IMG/VR virus record: IMGVR_UViG_3300031884_000002
Span: 248,001 to 312,000 of that record
Reading direction: 5' to 3' (one strand)
DNA length: 64,000 bases
Part shown: positions 30,802 to 39,646 of the stretch, piece after piece
Layout of the letters: the number at the start of each line of letters is the position of its first letter
How positions within the stretch are numbered: position 1 is the first letter of the stretch
The notes under the pieces: model-generated
What the model saw: the letters and a program-made list of their open reading frames with translations, nothing else
Told to the model about the DNA's origin: nothing
The model's database searches: none
Position numbers and translations under genes: made by a program

Positions 30802-31407
30802 ATGAGTATTCCCAAAACAACTAAATGGACTTTAAAAAAGATAGTAGAAAACCTTGAATCTATTCCTGATGGAGATGGATTTGGAACTGAGCCAAAAAAA
30901 TTAACATCCGAACAAAAGAAACAGTTAATGGAAATGGCGGCAATGTTTGAAAAATATGGGGAAGTATTTAAAAATGAAACGGCAATAATGGATTCTGCTA
31001 AATCCATGACACAACTATGTGAATTAGCTGAGACATATGCATTGAATGAATGTGGAGAACAATTTCAGACGGAAATTGTTAAGAAAGATATGATTGGAAT
31101 GAAGAAACGAGTTCAAGAATATGGGAAACTTGCCAAAGAATGTTATGCTAAGACTCAACAATTAAGAGTTGCCCATGAAGACATAGGACATATTTTAGAC
31201 AGATATTATGATACTAAAGCATTAGCCGAAGCTTATAATCAATCAGTTGATTCTGCTCCTATGACTTCACTTCAAATGGAATCTCATAATGGAAGTTTTA
31301 AACCATGTACTGATTGCGGAAAACTATTATATCGTGGAGAAGAATGTGCCGCATGTAAAGATACATTGGACGAATCAATTTCCAAGAATAATTTTCTGGC
31401 GGATTAA
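30802..31407 (+). CDS. conserved head-region protein with C-terminal CxxC..CxxC
   Basis: 201 aa; EDIGHILDRYY motif; TATTTATA 3 nt upstream. Confidence 0.6.
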   Translation: MSIPKTTKWTLKKIVENLESIPDGDGFGTEPKKLTSEQKKQLMEMAAMFEKYGEVFKNETAIMDSAKSMTQLCELAETYALNECGEQFQTEIVKKDMIGMKKRVQEYGKLAKECYAKTQQLRVAHEDIGHILDRYYDTKALAEAYNQSVDSAPMTSLQMESHNGSFKPCTDCGKLLYRGEECAACKDTLDESISKNNFLAD

Positions 31408-31895
31408 GCAAATATTTTATTCATTTTTGAACGAACGTCCATTAAGGCTTTTCCTAAAAGGTTTAATCCTTTCCAGTTTTTTTCATCCAGTATAAGAGGG
31501 TCATCTTCTAGTAATCCAACTCCCCATATTTTATCATAGGGAGATGCTTCTACTATAATTCTATTTTCTGTATTGAGCAATGCTTTTCCATAATGTGGAT
31601 TTTGTGAAAACTTTAATTCGTTTACATATACCATGTTTTCAAATCGAATTGTATTCCATGTTTCATCATTATATTTTTTTACTTGTCGTCCTAACTGTTT
31701 TACTTGTTTTGGATTTGGAGTATATTCAATTAGTTTTTTAGTTTCTTCATCGTCAAAAAATGCCGCTTTATACCACATAAAAGCCTGTTCCGAGTTCTGA
31801 AATCTAATACAAGATTTAGGGTCTGTAAAATGACAATTATCCCAATTAGAATAAATGCCATTCCAAAAATAAACATGCGTATCAGTTGTTTTCAT
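31404..31895 (-). CDS. NADAR (YbiA-like) family hydrolase
   Basis: SEQAFMWYKA..F.D, KQLGRQV, KFSQN, LLNT..IVEASPYDKIWGVG, GLNLLGKALM; start ATG 31895 inferred from promoter. Confidence 0.93.
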   Translation of the reverse strand: MKTTDTHVYFWNGIYSNWDNCHFTDPKSCIRFQNSEQAFMWYKAAFFDDEETKKLIEYTPNPKQVKQLGRQVKKYNDETWNTIRFENMVYVNELKFSQNPHYGKALLNTENRIIVEASPYDKIWGVGLLEDDPLILDEKNWKGLNLLGKALMDVRSKMNKIFA

Positions 31896-31901
31896 TGTGT
31901 A

Positions 31902-31930
31902 ATTATAACACAACTGAAAAAAAATGTCAA
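31902..31930 (-). promoter_or_regulatory. sigma70-type promoter, probably leaderless transcript
   Basis: TTGACA-17 nt-TATAAT with extended TG, 6 nt before ATG 31895. Confidence 0.85.
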
Positions 31931-31984
31931 TAAAATAATTTAATGTTTACATGATTATTAGAAAAGTTTTATATATTTATAATC

Positions 31985-32929
31985 ATGAATAATGAAACTA
32001 TAAAATTATGTCCAATATGTAACTTACGACCATTAAAATTGGTAAAAAATTGTAAATCAAATTATTATGCTACGTGTTGTTATACTGATTGTGTTAAGCT
32101 AAAAAAACAACAAACTAATCTAAAAAAATATGGACATGTATGTGGAATTCATGGAACAAACAAACAAAAAGTAAAAGATTCTATATTTAAAAAATACGGA
32201 GTAATAAATGTTTCTCAGATTGACTGGGTTAAAAAGAAAAAAATTAAAACTTGTCAGAAAAATTTCGGATGTGATTTTCCAATGCAATCTTCTGAAATAA
32301 TGGAAAAAAGTAAGCAAACATTATTAAAATTATATGGAGTCATAAATATATTTCAAGTTCCTGATATCATAAATAAAATACATGATACTATGTTTAAAAT
32401 AGATCCAACGTTAGGAATAAGTAAATATGATTTAGTAATGCTTAAACATAGAGATAGAAACATGAAAAAATACGGAGTTCCATATTATGTTCAGACTGAT
32501 GAATTTAGAAAAAAATCAACTAAAACAATCATAGAACGATATGGAGTTGATAATTACAGTAAAACTAAGGAATTTCAAGAATTTTTAATATCATCTGGAA
32601 TTAAAAAGAATGATGAATTACGTAGTAAGTTTGATTTATATTATGGAAAAGTAATAAAATATACAAATAGAACATTTAGAAAATATAAACAGTTATTACA
32701 ACAAATATATGTTAGATCAAATAAATTTCATCTCGATCATATATATTCTATATCAGAAGGATTTAGAAATGATATAGATCCACGAATGATTGGATCATTG
32801 AGCAATTTACAATTAATTCCTGCTATTGTTAATATGAAAAAAAATTATAAATCATGGATAACTAAAGATAAGTTAATAGAATTGTATAATAAGTTATCAG
32901 ACGAAGATAAATATTTATTAGACTTATAA
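31985..32929 (+). CDS. homing endonuclease-like protein (KKYGV repeats + C-terminal HNH-like domain)
   Basis: repeated T.LKKYGV motifs; FHLDHIYSISEGF...NLQLIP..NMKK. Confidence 0.75.
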   Translation: MNNETIKLCPICNLRPLKLVKNCKSNYYATCCYTDCVKLKKQQTNLKKYGHVCGIHGTNKQKVKDSIFKKYGVINVSQIDWVKKKKIKTCQKNFGCDFPMQSSEIMEKSKQTLLKLYGVINIFQVPDIINKIHDTMFKIDPTLGISKYDLVMLKHRDRNMKKYGVPYYVQTDEFRKKSTKTIIERYGVDNYSKTKEFQEFLISSGIKKNDELRSKFDLYYGKVIKYTNRTFRKYKQLLQQIYVRSNKFHLDHIYSISEGFRNDIDPRMIGSLSNLQLIPAIVNMKKNYKSWITKDKLIELYNKLSDEDKYLLDL

Positions 32930-34291
32930 CCAACTATTCCGCTTAACATCATCGAACGTATATCGTTTAGTAATATTTCCATTTAGAAATACGATTTCTA
33001 ATTCAAGATTATCATCAAACCTTCCTCGTTGACTTGCTTTAGATATATCCAACGGAGTTTTATAAATATCATACCATGTTCCGTTTCTTTTTTGCGCCGA
33101 ACATTTAAACGCAAAACGTTCGGTGTCACGATTTAATTTTCTAACTAAATATGAACCACATCCAAACACACAAGTTTCAGCACTAAATCCGTTAGTTTTT
33201 AATGTTTCAAGTATGTTTTTTATATCGTGTTCTGTTAATGAATCTCCATATATACATCCAACGTGACTATCTAATACTTTATAATTTTTAGAATTTATAG
33301 TTCCTCCAAACCCGTTCCATAATTGTTGAGCAATCCATAATACTTGGGATTCTGGAGTATCTCCTTGGAACCTTGGACTATCGGGGCGAACAACAAATTT
33401 TCCATTTCTACTTAAAATATCAGATTTTAATTCATTACAATATACTTTAATCGCATTAGTAATATTATAACTATCGGATACAACGGATAGAATCCCGGTA
33501 GGATATTTTTTAATTAAATGTTTAGTAACTTCAAACTCTCCCTTTTCTCCAAGTGAAGTTGCAATACTATGTTCACTCGCTGGAACAGAATATGCTAATC
33601 CATCTATATTTGCATTATAATAATTAATAGCATATGGAAGAGCCATTAGACTATCGGTTCCTCTACTATTTACCAAATGTGCCATACACGCTACTCCGGC
33701 TTCTTCCATACATGACAATCCCCGTTGGGAAAAATCATGTAAGTAAAAATCTGCAAGCCACCGATTAGAAAAATCACAAGTTTTTTCAAAATAATCTTTT
33801 ATAATATTAACAATGTAATTACTTCTTGTACAGACTGTAATAGTGTCCCAAACCTGTTGTAAAACAGTTTCAAGTGCATTAGTAAGCCAATAGCAATTAG
33901 GATCTGTATTTTCAACTGTCATTAACACTGTTCCTACTGGATAATTTTTTCCTTCTTTTACCGCTTTAATTTTAACTGGAAGTTTTCCGTTATGTTTTTC
34001 AACAATATAATCCCATTTTGCACGACTCCAGACATCTCCATTAAATTTAAAATGTTCTTTTAAAATAGGCTCGGCTTGGTCTATTAATTCTTTTGTTATA
34101 ACCGTTCCTTCTAACCATTTAATTAAAATATATTGAAGTCCGAAAAATGTAGTATAATCATACATTGCTCCTTTTCTTGCTTCTAAATAAGAATATACAA
34201 CTTCAGTATTTGGCATATACATATCACTATGTAATTGTTTATAGGAATCTAAGGTCCAAATTATAGAATGTTCGTTAATTTTATTATTCAT
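32924..34291 (-). CDS. nadV: nicotinamide phosphoribosyltransferase (NAMPT/NadV family)
   Basis: DSYKQLH, FFGLQY, WLTNALET, LHDF..RG, PASEHS, SVVSDSY, VRPDS, RDTERFAFKCS. Confidence 0.92.
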   Translation of the reverse strand: MNNKINEHSIIWTLDSYKQLHSDMYMPNTEVVYSYLEARKGAMYDYTTFFGLQYILIKWLEGTVITKELIDQAEPILKEHFKFNGDVWSRAKWDYIVEKHNGKLPVKIKAVKEGKNYPVGTVLMTVENTDPNCYWLTNALETVLQQVWDTITVCTRSNYIVNIIKDYFEKTCDFSNRWLADFYLHDFSQRGLSCMEEAGVACMAHLVNSRGTDSLMALPYAINYYNANIDGLAYSVPASEHSIATSLGEKGEFEVTKHLIKKYPTGILSVVSDSYNITNAIKVYCNELKSDILSRNGKFVVRPDSPRFQGDTPESQVLWIAQQLWNGFGGTINSKNYKVLDSHVGCIYGDSLTEHDIKNILETLKTNGFSAETCVFGCGSYLVRKLNRDTERFAFKCSAQKRNGTWYDIYKTPLDISKASQRGRFDDNLELEIVFLNGNITKRYTFDDVKRNSWL

Positions 34292-34318
34292 AATGTATAT
34301 ATTTTTAAAAATAATTTA

Positions 34319-34495
34319 TTAGAGTTTAGAGTATTTGTCATCATATATTGGATATTTAAATGTAACAATATATTCATTTCCGGTTCCACCTTCGATTATA
34401 TTACGTTCACAATAATTACATTGTGGAAAATATTCAATTTTATATTTTTTAGCTAATTTCTTTAATTCAGTTTCAAATTTTTTATTAAGTTTCAT
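34319..34495 (-). CDS. small hypothetical protein (58 aa)
   Basis: ATG 34495-TAA: MKLNKKFETELKKLAKKYKIEYFPQCNYCE...; fills an operon gap; below ORF-track cutoff. Confidence 0.45.
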   Translation of the reverse strand: MKLNKKFETELKKLAKKYKIEYFPQCNYCERNIIEGGTGNEYIVTFKYPIYDDKYSKL

Positions 34496-34676
34496 AATTT
34501 ATTCAATTGTATTTTTTTAAAAATTCTTTTAATTCATTCGCTTTTTTAGACCAATAAATAGACTCTCTTCCATCACTATAAAATGCGCCTTGACCGTAAT
34601 ATGTAGAAACTTCAGTATATGCTTCAATTGTTGACTCTATCACTAATATAGCATTTTCTTTACTTGTTCCTATTGT

Positions 34677-34704
34677 ATTATACTGAAGTTTTAAATAAAG
34701 TCAA
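34677..34704 (-). promoter_or_regulatory. sigma70-type promoter
   Basis: TTGACT-16 nt-TATAAT. Confidence 0.65.
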
Positions 34705-34707
34705 CGA

Positions 34708-35190
34708 TTAAATGAAAGTTGCTCCACCGTTCTCAATAATTTTTTCGATAAGTCTATGATGGGTATCTACCACAATATCTTTATAATTTTTTACAATTTC
34801 ACTCCATTTGAACCATTCTACCTTTTCAATATCATCTCCACCTTTGGCATGTCCATATAAAAATTGAAACAAAAATACAGCCGTTAAAATTTTATGCTCG
34901 CTATTTCTATATCGAGGGTCATCTTGTCTATTGCTAAATAAATATTTAGGAGAAGAACATTCTAGATTTTCACCTGCTTCTTCTTTTAATTCTCGAATTG
35001 CTGCCATTTCAAGAGTTTCGTCTTTTGGATCGACAAATCCACCAATAAGTCTAAACTTTGTTTCGGTTGGTTTTTTTCCTAGTAATACTAGTACATTTGT
35101 TTTGAGTGGATTTTCATCGTCGGCTGCTAAATTGATTACGACGCAATCCACACATTGGAACGAGGTTGGATATCTAATTGGTTCAATCAT
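34708..35190 (-). CDS. Nudix hydrolase (ADP-ribose pyrophosphatase, resembling the Nudix half of NadM-Nudix)
   Basis: Nudix box GGFVD..DETLEMAAIRELKEEAG; YPT..VD, DDPRYR, GDDI motifs. Confidence 0.88.
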   Translation of the reverse strand: MIEPIRYPTSFQCVDCVVINLAADDENPLKTNVLVLLGKKPTETKFRLIGGFVDPKDETLEMAAIRELKEEAGENLECSSPKYLFSNRQDDPRYRNSEHKILTAVFLFQFLYGHAKGGDDIEKVEWFKWSEIVKNYKDIVVDTHHRLIEKIIENGGATFI

Positions 35191-35196
35191 AAATGT

Positions 35197-35224
35197 AGTA
35201 TATATTATAGATTTAAAAAGTCAA
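35197..35224 (-). promoter_or_regulatory. sigma70-type promoter, probably leaderless transcript
   Basis: TTGACT-16 nt-TATACT, 6 nt before ATG 35190. Confidence 0.6.
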
Positions 35225-35484
35225 GCATTTGTTTTTGGAATAATGTATTCATGACTATAGCATAACCGATTGGCATGATTCATTTTATATTTTTGTTCTT
35301 TTCCTTTTCTATCGACATTATTTTCGGCTTGTTCGAAGTTTTGAAATAAATCATTTTCAACCGAAGAAGGAGGAAGGCAAATGCCTTTTAAATCCAAATC
35401 GGATAATTCATTAGCAAAACCGTAGCACTGACTTCCTGCTACAGTCATATACAGCAATCTATCTTGTAACCAATTTAAGTTCAT
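35221..35484 (-). pseudogene. truncated/internally deleted Pol-beta-superfamily nucleotidyltransferase (YcgL/RlaP-like)
   Basis: GSQCYG...SDLDLKGI catalytic motif, but only 87 aa; family members are normally several-fold longer. Confidence 0.65.
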
Positions 35485-35490
35485 GTTGAT

Positions 35491-35518
35491 ATGGTAACAT
35501 ATTTTAGAACAATGTCAA
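35491..35518 (-). promoter_or_regulatory. sigma70-type promoter, probably leaderless transcript
   Basis: TTGACA-16 nt-TACCAT with extended TG, 6 nt before ATG 35484. Confidence 0.65.
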
Positions 35519-35521
35519 TTA

Positions 35522-35749
35522 TTAACATTCTTCCTTAGTTAATTCTACAAAATTATCAGTGTGCCATGCCCAGCTAAGAGTTCCATCACTTCTGGCAACC
35601 ACACAATGCCCTTTCATCTGAGGAATTTCTCCTAAAAATAATATTGATTCATTCTTTTTAAATGGATATTGTGAATGATATTTTTCTGGTAGATTTGTAA
35701 AATCAAACTTAACCAAACTTAATTTACGGGGAGTTTTTTGTTTTTTCAT
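35522..35749 (-). CDS. hypothetical protein
   Basis: 75 aa; FLGEIPQMKGHCVV..WHTDNF motif; ATGA coupling. Confidence 0.65.
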   Translation of the reverse strand: MKKQKTPRKLSLVKFDFTNLPEKYHSQYPFKKNESILFLGEIPQMKGHCVVARSDGTLSWAWHTDNFVELTKEEC

Positions 35750-35937
35750 ATTAAAACTTTTTTAATTAGTTCGGATAATTTATCGAACTCTGATTCGGTT
35801 AATGAACGAGTTTTCTCGAATATGAATATCTTTCCATTATCTATTTCAACCGAAATTATAGTTTTATCATACCCATTTTCATCTTTTTCTATTAAAGACC
35901 AGATGTGTCCTCCTACATATTCAAACTCATCATTCAT
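35746..35937 (-). CDS. hypothetical protein
   Basis: start moved to ATG 35937, which overlaps the upstream TGA (ATGA). Confidence 0.55.
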   Translation of the reverse strand: MNDEFEYVGGHIWSLIEKDENGYDKTIISVEIDNGKIFIFEKTRSLTESEFDKLSELIKKVLI

Positions 35938-36386
35938 ATAAAACATTTCCATACTGTTTTTCCAACTGGATTTATCCAATAAAAGTTTTTTCTTTTTTCT
36001 ATTAACTGTTGAAATACATTTGCCGTTCCTCCTTTATTTCCATCAAAAACTACAATGGCAGTGTCTATATTTTCAACCATCCAAGAGTTTTTTACTTCTT
36101 TAACTTCTTTCGAATCTTCTATAAGTTTATGATGAAGAACCCAGTTTTCGGGACTCATATATTTATCTTGTTCTTTAAATGGAATACATACTATATATGG
36201 AAGATTTAACATTCTACAAATATCGCAAAATATTAAATCTATTCCATCTGCCATTCCCGAATAGCATAATGGCTTATATGGTTCTAATTCAGTTAATATT
36301 TGTTCTATACAATTAGATATCCATTTTATATCATATCCATTTTCTATGAGTTTCTTCTCTCTATGACCTGTAATCATCAGCCTCAT
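35934..36386 (-). CDS. SLOG superfamily protein (YspA/DUF1273-like)
   Basis: ITGHR, SGMADGIDL, IPF..Q, NSWMV, VFDG..GGTAN. Confidence 0.85.
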   Translation of the reverse strand: MRLMITGHREKKLIENGYDIKWISNCIEQILTELEPYKPLCYSGMADGIDLIFCDICRMLNLPYIVCIPFKEQDKYMSPENWVLHHKLIEDSKEVKEVKNSWMVENIDTAIVVFDGNKGGTANVFQQLIEKRKNFYWINPVGKTVWKCFI

Positions 36387-36910
36387 TTATTTAAATTATT
36401 GAATGGTTTTTGACATAAAATATCAACATAGGTCATTATTTTTTTATACACTTCATCTTCTTTAGTAAATCCAAACCGCTTGGTTGCTTCATCATCAATC
36501 CATTCTCTTAAATTGGTTCCAAACTCCTCCGAACGAGCTTTCCAATCTGCTGCTAATTCCGCCAGATATACATCGGGCATTCCTTTAATCCCAGAACTCC
36601 AAAACTCTGGGTGATGGGCGTTTGTTAAACTATGATGATGAATTGCTAATTTTAATTTTAATTTAGATTCTTCTTCTTTGGTTGGTTGCGTAGAAGACAT
36701 AAACTCAAACTCAATTCCACTGAACTTAGAAGAATCATGAATATATCCATTGGCAATTAACTGTTTTCCTAATTCTAAATGACCTTGTAAAATCAAAGAT
36801 TCTCCTAATAATAGGCAATTATCCTCCACATTTCTAATGTGGCGAGCAATTGAACGTATTTTAACAAGCATTTCTTCGGCTTGTTTTTTCAATCTATCAT
36901 TTCTTTTCAT
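36383..36910 (-). CDS. HD-like metal-dependent phosphohydrolase (DUF5662-like)
   Basis: H..NV, HDSSK, HH..N.HHPE, ELAADW; start ATG 36910. Confidence 0.7.
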   Translation of the reverse strand: MKRNDRLKKQAEEMLVKIRSIARHIRNVEDNCLLLGESLILQGHLELGKQLIANGYIHDSSKFSGIEFEFMSSTQPTKEEESKLKLKLAIHHHSLTNAHHPEFWSSGIKGMPDVYLAELAADWKARSEEFGTNLREWIDDEATKRFGFTKEDEVYKKIMTYVDILCQKPFNNLNK

Positions 36911-36919
36911 ACAAGCCAA

Positions 36920-36947
36920 AGTGTATCAGATACTTACCAGAAGTCAA
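36920..36947 (-). promoter_or_regulatory. sigma70-type promoter
   Basis: TTGACT-16 nt-TACACT, 9 nt before ATG 36910. Confidence 0.6.
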
Positions 36948-37199
36948 GTATATTTTAACACTGTATTCATCATTTCTTCATCTATTTCTTTTGAAATCTC
37001 CTCATTCAATATACGCATTAGTTCTTCTCCCGCATCAATATTATAATATGCTGTTAAATTTTGTTCTAATTCAGCAGTCCAAGTGCATTTTAATACTCGT
37101 TTTTGACTTGCCGGTTTAACATTTTTAAGTAAACTTGGAGCAAGTGCCAATGCACCTGTTAATACTGGTAATAATTTAAAAAAAACTTCTTCTATTCAT
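36944..37199 (-). other. frameshifted mini-gene: Tat-like signal peptide + major-capsid fragment
   Basis: AGAGGA RBS, ATG 37199 MNRRSFF*; removing one T from the T8 run (37178-37185) gives MNRRSFFKLLPVLTGALALAPSLL.. fused to RVLKCTWTAELEQNLTAYYNIDA..EID, 22/42 aa identical to MCP. Confidence 0.7.
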
Positions 37200-37201
37200 A
37201 A

Positions 37202-37369
37202 TTATCCTCTATGACAAATTATTCTTGTTCGTTGTTCTGTTTTACATTTGGGACATTTGGTATTTATCAATTTATATCTATCAATATCGCATAAACATTT
37301 TGAACTGTTAATATTTTTTATAATAACAGGAGAGTTAATCCAGTTAAATAGTGTTTTAAAAATATTCAT
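37202..37369 (-). CDS. small Cys-containing hypothetical protein (55 aa)
   Basis: ATG 37369-TAA; CLC..CPKC..C; fills an operon gap. Confidence 0.45.
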   Translation of the reverse strand: MNIFKTLFNWINSPVIIKNINSSKCLCDIDRYKLINTKCPKCKTEQRTRIICHRG

Positions 37370-37372
37370 ATT

Positions 37373-37717
37373 TTAATGTTGTATCCATCCTCTAACAAAT
37401 ATATGGTTCCATCTATTTGTTATATCGAGATTAAAATAATTACCATCGGGATTTATAAATATTTCTCCGAAATAAACTCGATGAACGTGAGTTATACCTA
37501 AATATTTTATCTTTTTAATAATATTTGATTTCCAATCATATGGTATATCCATATTATCACGATTGGGATATATTCCTAAATCATATGTTACAGTAATATA
37601 AGGTTGATTATCCAATGTTATATTTGCCGGTGTATCAGTAAAAACAAATCCGGCTTGTAATATTTCATCAGTGGTAAGAACATTCCTACCATATTCACAA
37701 AATTCTTTATTATTCAT
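37373..37717 (-). CDS. hypothetical protein
   Basis: 114 aa, ATGA-coupled to upstream gene. Confidence 0.6.
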   Translation of the reverse strand: MNNKEFCEYGRNVLTTDEILQAGFVFTDTPANITLDNQPYITVTYDLGIYPNRDNMDIPYDWKSNIIKKIKYLGITHVHRVYFGEIFINPDGNYFNLDITNRWNHIFVRGWIQH

Positions 37718-38637
37718 ATTTTATATTTATTTACAAGTTCGTCTATTATATCAAATTCCTTTTTAATATCTATTTTTCGTTTTATATCTTCTTTTATTCT
37801 ATATAAAATAAAACCATTATCAAATGCTAATTTAGTTTTTATATCGTCGTTTTTTGATTTTCGTTCTTCGTGCCAATAATATCCATCATATTCTATTAAA
37901 ATTTTATCAAATAATATAATATCATACACATATGGATATGGAAAAATAACATATGAACTATTTACATTATTTTTTCCATATTTATTGGATAATAATTCAT
38001 GTATTTTTATTTCAATTGCTGATTTTGTTTTTGTTTCTGGACTTAAAAACTGTTTTAATTTTGTTATTCTTCTCATTTCAATCGGATTAACTACATTAGT
38101 TATAATCCAATATTTCTTTAATATTCGCTTGTCACATTTTATTTTAAATTTTTCTTTTAATATTTCAAAATTACATATATGATCTTTATAGTATTCAAAT
38201 GATTCTTTCAATATATCTAAAGTTAAATCTAATTTCCTCATTCCTTCCGAATAAATACGTTCTTTATTAAGTTCTCTATATTGTTTATTCTTTAATATTA
38301 TTGTATTTATAGTATCTTTGGTATGAGTTTTTCCATAAAATCCATTACGTTCTCCTAAATTGGATATTCTATTTTTTTCATTTGACTCTTGTTGTTTTAA
38401 ATCTGCTATTTTTTTACCATATTTAAATACCCATACATCATAATTTGTTCTTCCGTACATCGGATTATTTTTACCAGAATAATCATGAATGGCTGCTCCG
38501 ATTTTTTTCTTAGATTCTTCGGTATGGTGCTTTCCATAAAATGGATTATTCTTACCTTCATAATTTTTAATTTGATTTGACATACACATCCTCTCGCTAT
38601 ACCAATATACATATAAATCAAACATTAAAATAATCAA
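37714..38637 (-). CDS. homing endonuclease (NUMOD3 repeats + Vsr/DUF559-like PD-(D/E)XK domain)
   Basis: NPFYGKHHTEE repeats; YD..IEYDGYYWH..D..K..A..G..LYRI; real start probably near 38583. Confidence 0.8.
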   Translation of the reverse strand: MIILMFDLYVYWYSERMCMSNQIKNYEGKNNPFYGKHHTEESKKKIGAAIHDYSGKNNPMYGRTNYDVWVFKYGKKIADLKQQESNEKNRISNLGERNGFYGKTHTKDTINTIILKNKQYRELNKERIYSEGMRKLDLTLDILKESFEYYKDHICNFEILKEKFKIKCDKRILKKYWIITNVVNPIEMRRITKLKQFLSPETKTKSAIEIKIHELLSNKYGKNNVNSSYVIFPYPYVYDIILFDKILIEYDGYYWHEERKSKNDDIKTKLAFDNGFILYRIKEDIKRKIDIKKEFDIIDELVNKYKI

Positions 38638-39602
38638 TAAATTATTTGATATTCACATTTTCTAATGTCTTTTAATTTAGTGCCACCAGCGTAACTTATG
38701 CTTGACTTGAGAGATTGTTCTATCAATTTAATCATTTCCAAGGTTGTTAAACCATTGGTTTTGATATTATCCAATAAAGTTCCTTCGACGTGTTCGTTTC
38801 CTTTGGCTTTTCGACTAGCATTTCCATAATATCCATTTATAATAGCCGGAGAGTCTATACAATTTTTAAATAATGCTCCACTTAAAATGAAATCGGCACC
38901 AAATCTAATAGATTTGGTAATATCTCCAATTAAAACCTCTCCATTATCAATCGTTAATCCTCCATCGGATATTATATCAATATTGGATACGGTAGCACAT
39001 TCATATAAATCGCTAATAGTAGTTGAACCAAACCCAGTAAATTGCCGAGTTCTACAACTTGCCGATACACCTATATTTATTTTGGCTGCATTTACTCCGT
39101 ATTTCTCTAACCATAAAACCCAATCGACAGAATCTCCGTTCCCTACTATTAGATATGTATTTTTAAAATTATTCTTAATATATTCAATAACTGGAAGTAT
39201 TACATCATTATATGAAAATGCAACATCTATACAAATGCTATCAATTCTATATCCGGTCTGTTTAATCCATCTTAATAAGTCTAAATCTTGTTTTTTTATT
39301 CCAATTGATATAGATACAAAATACAAATTGTTGTTATTGGACCATTCTATATAATTTTTTATGTGGTTATAATCACCTATTCTATGCCAAATATGAAACC
39401 ATTTACTGTCATCGAATTTTTTAATGATATCATAATTTAATATAGATACCATATTACTTGGAATAACTGGAGCATTTACTTTTTTATTGGCTATAATGGT
39501 AGAAATATCACATTCGCTTCGTGATGATACTACACATTTTCCATGTTTTAGAAGAATATTTTTATAGTTTAATGAAATTTCATTTTTTAAAATAGTAGCC
39601 AT
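38634..39602 (-). CDS. guaC: GMP reductase (IMPDH/GMPR family)
   Basis: SRSECD, PSNM, IDVA, VGN, IGVSASCRTR..TGFG, IISDGG, YYGNAS, VEG, LKSSISYAG; no CBS domain. Confidence 0.85.
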   Translation of the reverse strand: MATILKNEISLNYKNILLKHGKCVVSSRSECDISTIIANKKVNAPVIPSNMVSILNYDIIKKFDDSKWFHIWHRIGDYNHIKNYIEWSNNNNLYFVSISIGIKKQDLDLLRWIKQTGYRIDSICIDVAFSYNDVILPVIEYIKNNFKNTYLIVGNGDSVDWVLWLEKYGVNAAKINIGVSASCRTRQFTGFGSTTISDLYECATVSNIDIISDGGLTIDNGEVLIGDITKSIRFGADFILSGALFKNCIDSPAIINGYYGNASRKAKGNEHVEGTLLDNIKTNGLTTLEMIKLIEQSLKSSISYAGGTKLKDIRKCEYQIIY

Positions 39603-39612
39603 ACAAGCCACT

Positions 39613-39640
39613 ATTATAGTAGAATTATAACAGAAGTAAA
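39613..39640 (-). promoter_or_regulatory. sigma70-type promoter
   Basis: TTTACT-16 nt-TATAAT, 10 nt before ATG 39602. Confidence 0.6.
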
Positions 39641-39646
39641 CTTATT

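Noticed and set aside
37373-37717. Possible second capsid-fragment mimic (EILQAGFVF versus MCP FLETGAVY)
   Set aside because: Similarity too short and weak to support without an HMM search
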